Source: Raillietiella orientalis
Lineage: Eukaryota
Direction of reading: 5' to 3'
Length of the DNA stretch: 64,000 bases
Assembly: GCA_036172245.1 (NCBI GenBank)
Contig: JAYWIR010000008.1
Span: 2,914,001 to 2,978,000 of the forward strand
Shown: piece by piece, positions 1-12,949 of the stretch
Layout of the letters: each line of letters begins with the position of its first letter
Numbering within the stretch: the first letter of the stretch is position 1
Made by a program: the position numbers and the translations under genes
The notes under the pieces: model-generated
Seen by the model: only the letters and a program-made list of their open reading frames with translations
What the model was told of the DNA's origin: nothing
Database searches by the model: none

Positions 1-3000
1 GACCACTGCGCCTGCGTTTTGCGAGGAACCCGGATTCAAGAGAACGCCCACAGCCTTTACGTGCTTGATCTCCGTTCTGTTCATATCGATCGCCCGGGCC
101 CATGCCGACATGAGCTGGCAGCCTCGCCGGTTCTCGCGCCACGTTCGCCTTGGCTCCACAACCGCGGAGAGGGACGCGCGAAGAAGGCGCGATCGACGAG
201 TCGAGGGGGATGCCGCCACGCCGCCGGCGCTCTTCTGCGAGAAGTTCGGCCGAGATGGCGCCTTTCCCGCCGGCCGCTCGTCTCCCCCCGATCCCCGAGA
301 TCAACGAGGGTGGTGGTGCGAGGTTCCCTGTCCGGAGCAGTCTCCGCTGTCCTCCTCCCTGCTGCCGGGAGAGTGGTCGAACTTTTCAGCGCGCCTTCCC
401 TGAGGTCGGGCTGGAGTTCCCGAAGGACGTTCGGATTCGTACACGCGTCGGGAGCTGTTATGGGCACGCGCGCGCAGCTGGTGGCGCCTTCGGCGAAGGA
501 GAGATGCGGTGCGTGCTCAGCAGCTTCTCGGACCCTCCACGAGGAGGTGCGGTGGTCGGGTGGGGTGTTGGTAGTGGCAGCCACCACGTGGACAGTTCAG
601 CGGTCGTGGTGAGGGGGGAGGCAGCGCCGCGCGATGTGCTGCCGCCGACACGAGTCTTCCTTTCCTCTGAGATCGGAAATAAATGGGGGGAGGGATGGGT
701 CAACGGGAAAGCGCCGGCCTCGGATGCCAACCCGGGACTCTTGAGCCTTCCCGAAGCCAGGAGGGGAGATCATCGTTCTCCCTGACTTCCCGGTCTCTCA
801 CGTTTCACCAGAGCGGTTATCTTGTCTCTCCCTCCCCTCATTCCCATTCCCGGTTTGATTTTATCCTGGATGGTCCCACAGGAAGAAGTCGGCGGGAACC
901 TTTGGAAAGTCTGGATGTTTTCCGTTGCCGGGGGAAACCCAGGACGGGATGGCCATCAGGACTTCGCGGGAGCCACGGGAGTCGGGAGGGGGGGGAACTC
1001 TCCGTAGCGACCCTGCGGCATTTGGCACCGGTAGCTCCCAGATGGCGCGACCCCGGAGGAAGGGAGTGGGAACTACCGGAGGCGAATCGGAAAGCCATCA
1101 CGAGGAAAACCGGGAATTTGATTTTCCCGGCGCGCCTGCTCTTTCGCCCCGGGAAAGGGAAAAAAAAATAAAAGAAAAAATCATCGAATTACGGAGCTCA
1201 TGAATACGAAGCGGACCGGGAGCGCGCCGTCTGCAGGGAAACAGGAAGAGGAGCAATTCATTATCGGCAGTTTCCTTGTTCCCAGCGACTGCGGAAAAAA
1301 AGCGACCTCCTCCCCTCTCCCACCTCTTCTTCCTCCCCCCCTCCCCCCCTCACTCGAAAAAGGAAAGAAAAAAAAAAAAAAAAAAAAGGTAGACGCGAAA
1401 ATAAAAGGGAAAACTTAATTAGCCCTTCAGAGCACTCGATTTCCTGTGGAAAACAACGGAGCAAGGAGTCACGGGATTGATGATGTAATCTCCATGTTTT
1501 CGCCGGAGAGCCAGGACCACTCGAACGGGCTCGCGCCCTTGCGCGCGGGCGATAGACCTGGAGGAGGGCGGAAGGATGACGCCGGACGTCCACTTCCGCC
1601 CGCGCTCGGTAGGAACCGCGCCCATCGTCGATCGATTTTGCCGTGCGGGTTTGCGCCCCCTGGGCCGCGCGCTATGCACGCGACCTTTCTTCCGCCTTCT
1701 CGTTCTCGGTAAGGGGGAGGAGGGAGGGCAAGGGCATTCCCTATCTTTATCTTCTATCCATTTTGTTTTTTTTTTTTCTAGTAGGGGAAGGTCTCAATCC
1801 CCCCCTTTCCCTTCCTGCTGACTTTCCCGTCCACGGCTGGGTCCTCCTAGCTGAACGGAGTGACGGCGAAGGACCCTAACGGAAACCTCGGACGATCCCT
1901 TTCTAGGAGGAAGAAGAGGAGGAGGAGGAGATGGTGGTGGCGAGGATGAGGAGGGAAGCGAAGGTGCGGGCGAGGCGATGGGGTCTTGCGTGACCAGGGG
2001 TCCGATAGGCGGCTGAGACTGGACCTAGGAGAGAGGGAGAGAAGAGGAAGGAGCTCTAAGAGGGGACACACTCGGACACAAGAATCCTCCTCTACCGTTC
2101 CCCAGCTCTGAGAGAGGATCCGGGAAGGCCACCATAATTCCCTTCCGTCGGGCGCGAGGCCGGTCTCTCCGTCTCCCACCTTCCCAAAGGGAGCGAGCGC
2201 TGATCCCCGCCGCCAACTTCCATCTCCGACCTCTCCTTCCTCCCCTTCGGACACCGGCCGCAAGACAGAGAGAAAAAAGGGGGAGAGAGCTGAGGAATCC
2301 TCGCGGATAACGGGATGGCCGTTTGCATCCGGGAGCGGGCGTTTTGTTCCGCGGCGGAAAGAGGAGGGGGAGAGGAGAGCGCGAGAGGGGAAGGGGACGG
2401 TGGTGGCCATCAACAACCGCCGGTCAAATTGGACTACCCGACCTTCCTTTTTTCGGCGCACGTAATCGGCTCGGGCGGCGAGGTCGGACGGGCTCGCGCG
2501 GGGTCCTCGCGGTGGCGGCACCGGCGATTCCCACCGACCCGCAGTTAATCGCTTCTTCGAGCCTGCCGGTGCCAGACCCAAGAGGGGAAAGGGGGAGGAG
2601 CGGGGAGGCTGCCTACCCTCTTGCGCGCACCTAGCATCTTTCAGGCGCCTCTCGCCAGGCGCTGCTGGGAGAGACGCCGAGACGAGGCACCGTCCAGCGC
2701 CTGGACGCCCGCCGCCGCTTCCCGGGAAATCCTTCCACGGAAGGAACCGCTACCTCTTTCCTCCCCTTCCCTTTCTCTCGTGCCCGTCTGGCTGCTGGCG
2801 CTCTGGCGCCTCCCGCTAGCCGCCCGAGCGAGGAAGTATGGTTCCACAAGGCGCCGCCGGGAACGTGTGGCAGCGCCAAAGGCTTCCCGAAAGGAGAGGA
2901 GGGGCGAAGGCGAAGGAGCGCGCGCGCGTCGGCGGTGGACCTCCTCAAGAGAGAGTGACAGGGACCCAGGGGCCGGGCGGACGCCTCTGGACGTCCACTT

Positions 3001-4319
3001 CCTCTCTCCAGGGGACCGTCGGCAGGAACTGCGCCGATTGTCGATCGATTGTTGGCGCGCGGATCTTCCTCCCTTCCCTTCCTCTTTCGCTTCCTGTTTT
3101 TTGCTTGTATTTTCAGGGGGAGAAGGGATCCCCGCTCGGCTCTTTTCCTACCGACTTGTCCAGAAAAGAAATGGGAGAAAGCGCGTGGAATCGGAGGCGG
3201 GAAGAGGAAGGGGGGGGGGGGATTTTCTTCCCATCTTGTCTGGTAACCCTTGCTCTTGCTCCGAAAGGGGACACTCCTTTCCCCCTCCCTCCTTCTCGTT
3301 TTCACGGATCTTTTGTGCCACCCCCCCTTCGCAAGGAAAGGCGGTTTATCGGCCTTCGATGACGAAGCTGCCAATAAACCGTTCTGCGGCTTCCCTACGC
3401 GTAGGAACAGCCATGCAGGCTCCGCGCGTCAAAATCAGAAAAATCGTCTCGTAGGGAGAGAAGTCTTCCTCCCTTCCCCTCCCTTCCAAAGCAAAAAAAA
3501 ATCCTGGTAACCATCAAAGAAGGACCCCAATAGGAGTCGCTGAAGCCGAAAACTCGAGCCTCGTGCGTGTGCGCCTCCACGCGCGCGCGCGCGCAAGAGG
3601 AAGAGGGGGTGGGGAGTGCGGAGGAAAGAAGGGCAGAGACGAGAGCGGACGCCAAGCCAACCTAACGCACCCACGTGTCCAGGACTCCCGGGAAACTGCC
3701 GGAATAGGTAGAGGAAAGGAGGGGGCTTTTCAGTCCTTGCCCTCTTCTTTCCCGCTCGCGCTTCCTCGCTCTTCCACGACGGGAGGAGAGGAGACACGAA
3801 CGTCGGTCGCCGTTCTCGTTGGAGCTGCTGCAGAGCAGATGAGGAGGCACCGGGGCATCCACTCCGCTCCTGGCCGACCCACACCCGAAGCATCGTCGGG
3901 AGACCACAGAGGTGTCTTACGGAAGCGATCGGCGGCGCAACCTTCTCCCCTGCAACTGCACCACAGGGATAAAGAAAGAAACCTGCCCTTGCCGCCTCGG
4001 AGCGGTTCTTCGCCACAGAAGCTGCGGTGGGGGATGCGGAGGAGGAACGGGGGGAGGGACCGACGCGAGAAGGGGCGAAATCCGAGAAGTGATCCTCTCG
4101 AGATTTTCCGAGCCGAGTTCGAGCCCGGGCGCCTTCGGTCTCGCGGCAGATCCGACGCTCCACTTCCTTCCCGGTACTCCCTCCCTCTCTTCCTTTCCCC
4201 CTTCTTTCCCACCGCGGTGCTGCGGATGCGATCCACTCTCTGGAACGTGGAACGGCGGCGCAGGACGTTCCGTGCTGTTCGCCACTGCCACTGCCTTGGG
4301 AAGAAGTAACACTTTGAAG

Positions 4320-5310
4320 GATGCCGGCGCACGCAACACAGCGCTGCGATTGCAGCTGCGGGCGTCATGGCGTCCCGCACGAAGAGCGACCTGAAATGGT
4401 CTCTAAGATCGTCCGCGGGATGCGGAAGGGACGCAGAGAAACGTTCCCACAAGTGCCGGAGGGCGACACTCTGTAATATGAGGTGGAGGGAAGTCTCCTT
4501 CTCTCCACACCTGCCACAGTTCGGCGATGTGCTTCCCCTCGTCCAGTGGTGCCAACGTGCATTGCACGGGAAACCCCCAATGCAATATCAGCAGCGCCGA
4601 TTGCTGCCACTTGAGATGAAGCAGTTTCCTGTCCATAAACGAGGGGGGCACCTCCAACTCTTCGGGCCGAATGGAGAAGAGTTCGCGGGCCGAGATCTCG
4701 CAGGAAACCTCCCACTTCGCCGGTAGGCAGATGCCATGTACCTTGATAGCGGAGGACACCGCTGCGGCGAAGGGGGTGGCTGGTGGGTAGGCCAACATGG
4801 TCAGCTCACTACATACCACCTCCAGTGCTCTTCTGCTGTTTTTCGGGAACTCTCGGCAGCGGGCAACTTCCATCGGGGTCCGGATGAGCTGGGCCCAAGT
4901 CCTCACTTTCTCCTGCCTCCAGGCCGGAGTATTTGCAGATCGGCAGCGAATCCACGTGTTCGCTCTCACCAGAGCAGCGACGCACCAGAGGGGAAAGCCA
5001 CAATAGGAGGCGGCGGTGGTGGCACGCAAACAGGGTTGCGAGTCCTTCGCCACCGACCGCCAGCCGGGATAGCAAACGCGTAGAGGCGCACCAATGAGTG
5101 GCCCAGTTCTGTGCCACGAAGGTCAGTCTTCGAAAGTTCAGTTGCACTTCCATGCGCTCCAACGTCAGGAGTTCGAGTCCTCCGTCGCGAGGAAAAGTGC
5201 ACAAGTCTTTTAATCGGACTCGGGACCTCCCAGAGGACTTTTCGAAGGAGGTCCTTTGTCCGTTTCATCATATTGGAGGGGGGCAAACAAAAAGCATGGG
5301 TTGGTAGAGC
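4320..5310 (-). mobile_element. Decayed L1/Tx1-like LINE ORF2 fragment (post-RT region to C-terminal CCHC zinc finger)
   Basis: Minus-strand translation gives LCTFPRDGGLELLTLE (L..P...GGLGL motif), LKWQQSALLILHWG and NCGRCGEKETSLHLILQSVALRHLW (zf-RVT-like). It is homologous to the 44361-45626 copy (DCGLGLLTLERMELQL). Confidence 0.8.
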
Positions 5311-5672
5311 GCTGTGATCGCAACAGCCTGTGGCAAACGCGCCATAGTGACAGCCCGCCACGTGTTGGAGTCAGGTTCGTGACGAAAGGAAGCCACCAGC
5401 ATGGCAGCGGACTCCACGAGGACAGCAGCAAGGTGGCCTCATCTGCCAGAAGGAGTCTCCAGGGGAATAGCCACCGTCCAGCGCCGCTTCTAGAAAGGAA
5501 GGAACGTCTTCAACGGAAGGCCCCTGTCTCCACTCTTCCGTCTTTTTTATTTATTTATTTCCCCTCCCTCCGTTCCCTACTTTTTGGAAGCCGGCCTGCG
5601 TGCTGGTGGTTATCCCGGTCGAACTTTTTTTTTTTTTTTTTGGCATTCCTCGTATTTTTGAGGGGATATCCA
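5308..5672 (+). mobile_element. LINE 3' fragment (end of ORF2 plus T-rich 3' UTR)
   Basis: Aligns by eye at high identity with 27627-27983, which continues to the AATAAA/poly(A) terminus. Confidence 0.75.
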
Positions 5673-5749
5673 CCCGTTCCTCGTTTCGACTCTCCTTCAC
5701 GACAGGGCTTCGATATTTGAGGGCGCTTCCATTGCGGGTAGGGACCCGT

Positions 5750-7500
5750 TCGCCGGCGCGTGTCCAAGGAGTGTGGAATATTTGAGCACGCTTTCTGTCC
5801 TCAGATGAGCTCCTCCTGCTTCTTAAAGGGTCACCTGTTTCCTTAGCACTTAGGTCCCAGGGGTGCTAAGACGAATGCAGGAGCACAACTGAGGGTAGGC
5901 ATTCCTTTGGAGCTAAAGGGAGAGGAACCAGTCCTCTGGACGTGCCCTTTCCGGTGCCATCGCGAACTGCTCGAAGGAGCACATGACCTTCAGAGTGATC
6001 AACTTCCATTTGCCCTGGAGCGTCACCACGTCGGGCTCGAGTCCGTTACTGGTGCGGCTGGTGGCTACCAACTCTCAGTCCACCTGAACTGTGCCGCCAG
6101 CTTGGAGTGGCTGTCTGCACCTATCGAGGCGTGAGCCATGGACTCTTCCCCGTCTTCTGCAGCTCCTGGACAGGCAACCAGAGTCGTTCCTGATGGACGA
6201 AGCATGCGAATCAGGAGCAACAATCTGCTCACTTTTGGATACTTCTTTTTTTCTTTTTCAATATACCATTGAATTCCAGGAGAGACGACTTTGTTGATGA
6301 AGGTCATTTGTTTTGGTTGTTCCGATGCTACAGAGATGCCGATCCGTTCCATCCTCCCCCATCCTCTGCTTGTTCTGAGACCTCCCAGAGGGGCAGCAGA
6401 GGATCTGGAAAACGGCTGAGGGACCGGAAGTCATAGATGTACACCTGACGACTCTCCTCCTCGTATCCAGTTCTTCCAAGCTCGAGTTTCCCCCTCAAAA
6501 CCCCTTCCTTCCCCCTCTTCTGAGAGCGCAGGAGCACATCCTGGTTCAGGCAAATCCCCTGAAAGCCATGAAAGCAACTATCTGGACCCTCCTTTCCAGG
6601 GCCTGGAAGGAGCCTCGTTTTCTGGATGGCGACAAAGGAAGCTCCGCGAGAATGACTCTTGGAAATCCTTCCCGGAGTACATGGCAATACGCGAAAATTC
6701 CGAAGTCGAGGGCGCATTCCTGAAATCCTGTCGATTCGGGAGCGAGGAGATACGTGCGGTGTGAGTGTCGGGCAGCGCGGGAGCAGACGAAAACGCCAGA
6801 GTTTTTTCTGCGAGGCTGTAGGAAACCTCCCACTCCTGAATAGGTGGTAGGGAGCCAACGTGTTCCCGAACATCGGAAGCTCTTAGAGCTGAGAGAGAGC
6901 GATCCCCATCTGCCACTCAGTCACTCCTTCGTCATCTACTTCATCTGTTTGGGTTCCGTCTTCGCCGCTCAGAGGTTCTGGACAAGAAAGATTTTTTTTT
7001 TCTTCCTCTTCTTCCCCAAGAATCCATGGCTCCAGATGAGAGGATGACTGCTGCAGCTAACGGGTAGATCATTTTGGGATCCAGGCTTTCAGAACACCTT
7101 AAAAAAACACTCGGAAAGAGGTGGCCATGGAAGGGTTCCGAGATGACTTCCCAGTGCTTCGAGAAGAATGGAACAACCCGGAAAGGGAAGAGGCGTTACC
7201 GGGACGACCCCATCCATCGCTGCGAGGGGATGATCACCGTTCGCTTTCGCTTGCCAGATCAAGTTGGCGTCCGCGGAGGGACCGTTCCGTCTTAAACACC
7301 ATCCCGAAGAATCCTCTTTTCTACATCCCCTGTAGCAAGCCCTTGAGAGAACTCTGGAAGAATGGCGTGAGAACAAAGAGTTCGGGCCCGTCCGATGAGT
7401 GGTCGGTGCTATCTGGGACGCTCAGCGTAGGCAAAAGCGACCTCTGAGCGTGAGCTGCGTTCAACTCAGGCAGAGACACGTCAAGAAGTCCAGTCTCAGA
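5750..7500 (-). pseudogene. Decayed TIR-NB-ARC-LRR (TNL) relic
   Basis: Motifs occur in canonical order on the minus strand across frameshifts. TIR: LLDVSL and SSGWCLRR (7287-7310). P-loop remnant agcggcgaagacg (about 6960). RNBS-A SDVREHVGSLPPIQ, RNBS-B SPRSRID (6730-6750), RNBS-D LELGRTGYEEESRQVYIYDF (about 6430-6490). LRR-like CSNIPHSL (about 5770). Confidence 0.6.
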
Positions 7501-8010
7501 CAACCGGGCGAGAGACCAGGTTTCCGCGTCTTCTGCGCCTCATCAGGGACGCTCTCTCCTTTGATCCCGCCCGAGTGCGCTGTTCCTCGAGAAAGGAAGC
7601 GGCCCCGGCCGCCCACGCGAAGCTCGGACTCGATCGTGCGTCCGCGGCGTTCATCTGCTGATGCCCTTTTCCGAGTGAGGAAATCTCCCGCATCATCCGA
7701 AGTCGGGAGCGACGCGAAAGGGGCGCGAGCGCCTTATCTGATCCGGCGGATCATGGTGAACGCACGTGGTTCCCAAGCCAGAGGTCGCTCGAGTGAAGCG
7801 GTCGCCATTTCGCTTTCGATCCGCTTCCCTGTTGGCTCGGCGAAGCACTTGGTTGGGGAAGGTGGAAGGGGAAGAGGGGGGGAGAAGGCGCCGGCGCTTC
7901 AAAAACAGCAGCGGAAAGGAACTCTTGTGCCTCGAGAGCAGCGTTGCTTCAAGGCAGTATATCACCAACGAAGGGAACGCCATATCAAAACAGTGCCGGG
8001 ATGTTTAATT

Positions 8011-9637
8011 TTTCAAGAAGAATGCTAGACGCTGAAGACATTTTCGAATCAACATGGATTCGATCGATCGTTCTTGGTGGTCTTAAAGAGTGAAATTTTC
8101 CTTAGGGGAAGGGAAGGGAGGAAGGGGGGGAAGGGGAGGAGACGAACTCTATTCCAGTGTCCGGGGGTTAGCGAACTAGCACGAAGGGGGAGGAGGGAAG
8201 GCCATGTGGAAAACAAAAAACAAAAAAAATTAGGAAGGTGGACGTGATTCACTGAAAGGATGCAACCTATCGATCCGATGGCGCCGGTGCTCGCTAAGAG
8301 TAGGGAGATCATGGTGAGGATGCGGACGGAGCCCTCCAGCACCTCGACCGTTCTTCTCGCGCGCTGAAGAGCGGTGCTGCTCCCCAAGGCCTCGCCGTTC
8401 CCGTGCAATCCCTCTCGAGATGAGAGCTCAACTTCGGATTCGGTCTCGACCGTGCCATTTTCCTGCCCTTCTAGAGGAATTCAGTGCACAGGTGGTAGTC
8501 TCATCTTGCCATCGTCAGAATTTACAAATCATGCTTTTTTTTTTCCAACCACTTCATCAAAGCACGCGCGGATTTCGCTCGTGGAGGCACTGCGAATTCT
8601 TCTCTTCTGCTGTAATCCCTTCCAGAATGATCGCGAGGCACAAATCATCCTCTTTTAACAGCGCGCCCTGTTCCATTTAGATTTATGCGATTCGAGAAGG
8701 AATGCAAGTACAAGCCAGAAGTGATGCCTTCGGAAATTCCCTCTGGAAGTAAAGGCACTTCTTCCCCCCTTCTTCTTCTTCCGCCGGATGTCTTGCTTTG
8801 CAGCTTTCCTTTATACCCAATTTGTTCTGTGCTAACGAGAAATTTGTCACCAAATAATGACGCCACATTCCACCAGTAATGAGATGTAAAATGTATCAAT
8901 TATCGCCTCGGTAAGAATTCGAATGAGGTCCCCCTTACGAACCATCTGGATATCATTTCGAGCCTCTCGGGGTGATCCCGGAAAATTCCGGCAGGACCAA
9001 ACAAAGTCATAATCTCGGTTCTCCTCCAGCCACACATTCGGTTGCGTAGACGGCTTTTATAGGAGTTCCAATGAGACTCGTCCGCGGAGATCCTTCCAGC
9101 ATCGGTGGAGCAGCCGATCAGAGGGCCAATCAAACAAGATCAATCCGTTGGCATGAATTAAGTTGCCGAAGGATGCTTAGGAAACACCGCACTCTTTTTG
9201 GACAATCAAGATTATCATTCGGAGAGCAAATCCGTCCCTGAAGTGTGGCTTCTGGACGTCGTTAAGCAGCTGCGCTTCTCTTTGAAACTCCAGTCACTCT
9301 TTCAAAGAAACCGATCCGCTGAACAGGATGCTGCGATCCTTCTTGTTGGAGCGAGAAGGATGAAAGCGGCTTGCGTTTTCTTCTTTCTGGAAAATTCTTA
9401 TTGCCTTCTTTGTAATGCAAGCCAGCTGTCGGGCTGCAACTTTCCCGAAGACGTGCTGCTAGCAGCGGCTGGAACACGCTGAGATTCTGACACGCTGCCA
9501 TCCCGTGAAACTTCTCCTCCAGCACCGAGGGCTTGAAACGGAAAACCCTCCGCAGATCAGATTTCATCTTTCAAGAAGAATGGAGACATTTTTGAATCGA
9601 CATGGACTCGATCGACCACTCTTGATGATTCTTAAAG
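8011..9637 (+). repeat. Diverged direct repeat pair of about 70-78 bp (8011-8088 and 9569-9637)
   Basis: tttcaagaagaatg...gacattt(t/c)gaatc(a/g)acatgga(t/c)tcgatcga...tcttaaag occurs at both positions. Confidence 0.85.
8550..9565 (-). pseudogene. Decayed NB-ARC fragment of an NLR
   Basis: Minus-strand peptides in NB-ARC order: NLSVFQPLLAARL, EGNKNFPERRKRKPL, GLPL-like GPLIGCSTDAGRISADESHWNSYKSRLRN, RNBS-D-like WLEENRDYDFVWSC, and winged-helix/MHD-like SLLVECGVII / DKFLVSTEQIGYKG. Confidence 0.5.
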
Positions 9638-9699
9638 CCTGACGTTTTGTTTTGTTTTGGCTATCAAATCTTCCAGTATCCGTTGATTCCTCTTCTACT

Positions 9700-12670
9700 A
9701 AGCTTCTAAATTTTACTTCTCCGGCGAGCATCTCGAAGCGCTGATGGTCTGTGGGCGCCCGTCATCTACTTGTGAATCTTTCATTCCACGTGCCTTTGCT
9801 TGCTTGTGTGAGATGCTTGCAACTATCCCCAGAGCTGGTGCATTTTCTGTTTTCTCCTCCCACTTGCGTTTTAGGATGGACTCAAGCCCAGGAGCACCTT
9901 CCGTTTTCAAACATCTCCGCCACTGTTTCATTCCTTTAGCTGTCTTCCTGGAAAGACCATCTGAATTGCCTTTCAATTTCCCTTCTTCAAAAAAGGAGTT
10001 TTAAGGAGCTCGGTTTTTTTTTTTGTCTTCCTCTTTTGCCGTGATTTCTGTTCCGCAAAACTTTCTTACCTGGGTGTTGATTCCCTTCAATCTCCTCTCT
10101 GCCTCGCTGGCAAATCTGTGGATGCGAGTGAAGATTCTCTTTTAGTTGCTGCTTCTGGAAACACTGCTGACACCTGCCGAGCCGCTGTCACCTTTGTGCT
10201 GGATGATCTCATGCTTTTCGAATCGTCCCTGTTTCGATCAGTGCCATCAACGTCCCTGTTGATTCTTATCCTGTAATCCCCTGTCTTCCGTGCTCACGGT
10301 TTCCTCGACGACAGTTCCAGCACGCTGCTTCCAGAGATGACCATCTCTGGACTCGGCTCTTTCCCATCACGTGCTGGAGGCAACCACTATGCAAATCCGC
10401 GGCTTTGTTTGCCTCGCTTCCTCGTTAAATACCATGAGAAGGGCTCTGGTTCGCGGATGCTGACATTCCTTCCTCGGGATGCCGGAGAGGAGGAACCGCT
10501 CTGTAGTCTGTGCGATGCCGCGTTGGGCTCGCTCGAAGGTCGGGGCTTCCAGCAACGGCTCGGGTCGCAGACGCCAGCGAAATGGCCCCCTGCCGGATTC
10601 CACACCGTACGGGATCGGCGGCCTCCGTCCAAGAGGTGGTGGCTGCAGCTGCATGCAATTTCGGCTCTGTGCTTCGAAGGTCCTTATTCGACTGACCGGT
10701 CCGCTTGTCCTCGGATCATGCGCACTCAGTTTAAGCACTCGTGGAGCGGCGCGCTTGGAGACCTCCTTTTCATCGGTATGTGACGATCGTCGGGGTTTTG
10801 GAGCTACCCTCTTCAGCACCTCTGACGCCCTCTTCTGTTCCGGTTTTGCCCTGAGGACCGTTCGTTCGAGAATCGCAGGCGCGTCCGTCTCAGGTGAAAC
10901 CAGAGATCACAGTCGCGTGCTGTGGGTGTCTCACATCGATTTCGTCGTTGTCCTCCTCTCCCTGTACGATATACCTAACCTCCTGTAGCAACGGTGTAAT
11001 CTTCTCCAAACACGGGGTGTTTACAGTGCACACATTGCTTTGTTTAGGCTCTTCAATTTTTGCTCTCCTTTCACTGCATCATAAGCAATTTATTCCAGGA
11101 ATGCAGAGGATGAGGAGGACTGCACGTTTCATTCTCGATTCTTGGCATGTCCTGAGGCATTTGAGGAGCATTTGCATTTCGTGACCTGCCGCAGCGATCG
11201 TCTTCGTTCTTGACGAAGTTCCACGAAAATCGTCTGTATTTCAGGACCGAACTGCCGTTTCAAAAGCCATCAAGTAATTGAAACACAGAAGGATAAGACA
11301 GTTATCAAAGACGAGAGTCCTTGACAGCTGTCTTAAAAAAAAGAAAAGAAGGAAGGAGAAAGCCTATGAAGATTTCCTTATGGAAAAACCTATACCGGTT
11401 TCAGTTTTCTCATGAAGAGCTCCCTGCAAGTACTTTCCTCTTGGACCAATCTCTTGCTGTCGCCGTCAGCTGCTTCCCTCCGAGCGATAATCTTGTTTCC
11501 TGATGTGAACTGTATCAGAACGTCTTCTCAACGGACCATTCTTTCTCTTCCCTCTAGTTTACTTGCGGTGGATTTTTTTTTTTTGATGTGTGTGTATACC
11601 ACGCATGATGAATCGTAGGGGGTCCCTGAGGAATCTTTATGTCACTCGCAGTTCTGGAACTCGCATCTATAGTAAAAATATTTCGTTTCTCTCATTTCGT
11701 ACCACTAATCCTCGTAGCTTTCATCGTCCTTCGTGAAGACTCGAAAATAATCCACAGGCCATGCTGCAGATCTCTTTATTTTGCCCCGCTGTCTTCTGCT
11801 TCTCTTTTACTGTTCCGTAACCATCTCGAATAGACCCAGAAAGGGAATTTTCAGCTCCCTCTTTGCGGGCACTCTTCTCTTTAGAACCGGACGTCTTTGA
11901 CTGCCTCCAGAAAAATTTGCATTGGCATGCTATGTGAGGGTAGGGTGTTCTTCCTCCAAAATCACAAGGACTGCCGAACATTTCCACTGCTTTCTCATCT
12001 ATTTTCTCGACTCTCCTACCCATGAGGGGTTCCTACTCGGCGGCCGATGTTCCAGACATCGGTGTCAAAAGCTGCGGCAGGAGAACTGGCCATAGAAACG
12101 CAGCATCTTCTCCTTAATATATTTCTCCTGCTTCCACGGGATCCCCCTTAATGTCACATCCTTGTTTGGGTTCTAGGATTACGAGGATCCTACGATAGGC
12201 GTTCCTGTTGTCGCAGGAACTCCTTCGGCAGACAGAGGGAGCGCTAGATGCCTTCACTTGAGTCTGGATCCTTCAAACCCTCTGACGTGGGTTTTCGAAA
12301 AAGCAAGCAACATCCGGAATAGCAACTCGTTCCTCTCCCTGCAGCACCAAGACCGGTAAGAGAAGGGACTCGACACCAGGTGTGAGCCGGCTGCAGCAAC
12401 CCTTCTTCCAAGTCTTCCCAGTAGCCTTTTGAACAAGTGCCATTCTCTCGTCGTGTCTCAGGGAGAAGTGATGCTGAATGCCAATATGGTGAGTGATTCA
12501 GGATGAGCAACTGATTCTTCCCATGGCATCTCACCTGAGCTGTCCCAGGCCAGAGCAACTGATTCTTCCCATGGCATCTCACCTGAGCTGTCCCAGGCCA
12601 GAGCAACTGATTCTTCCCATGGCATCTCACCTGAGCTGTCCCAGGCCAGGCACAGCTCGTAAGGGCGGCA
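9700..12670 (-). pseudogene. Decayed TIR-NB-ARC-LRR (TNL) relic
   Basis: TIR: PYELCLAW, VSSPFSYRSWCCRERNELL (WCC at 12341-12349). Linker MGRRVEKI. P-loop remnant tctggaggcagtcaaagacg (11892-11911). RNBS-B DSSCVVYTH (11588-11614), RNBS-D IAYDAVKGEQK (11057-11089), MHD-like LSAHDPR (about 10715-10730). TNL LRR-start-like EMVISGSSVLEL follows. Confidence 0.7.
12505..12648. repeat. Three perfect tandem copies of a 48-bp unit
   Basis: gagcaactgattcttcccatggcatctcacctgagctgtcccaggcca at 12505-12552, 12553-12600 and 12601-12648. Confidence 0.98.
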
Positions 12671-12949
12671 GATCCAGCAGCAAGATTGAACCGTTGGGAG
12701 CCACTGGATCCAGACGAGCGATTCTGACTCACGCACGACATGACCTTCCCTCGAACGTGAATCTCTTCTCCTGTCTTATGAAGTACTCTTGAAGGAATTT
12801 CGTTCCTGCCATCTTCTTTTTTTTTTTGTTGTTATCCTTACCCCTTTCTTTTCTCGATTTGTGAACTCAAAACCCTGAACGGTGTCCGTTGCATCTGGGA
12901 CAGGTCTCGCCTCGCGGAGAAGGTAGATGTTTATTCAGAGACACCGATC

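Noticed and set aside
1..4000. LRR-like words (CTNPNVLREL, CPLLELLP, LRRLSIDC) as NLR relics
   Set aside because: Too sparse and on mixed strands to delimit a feature, though compatible with the general pattern.
12505..12648. CRISPR-like array
   Set aside because: The units are contiguous with no spacers, no cas genes are present, and the context is eukaryotic.
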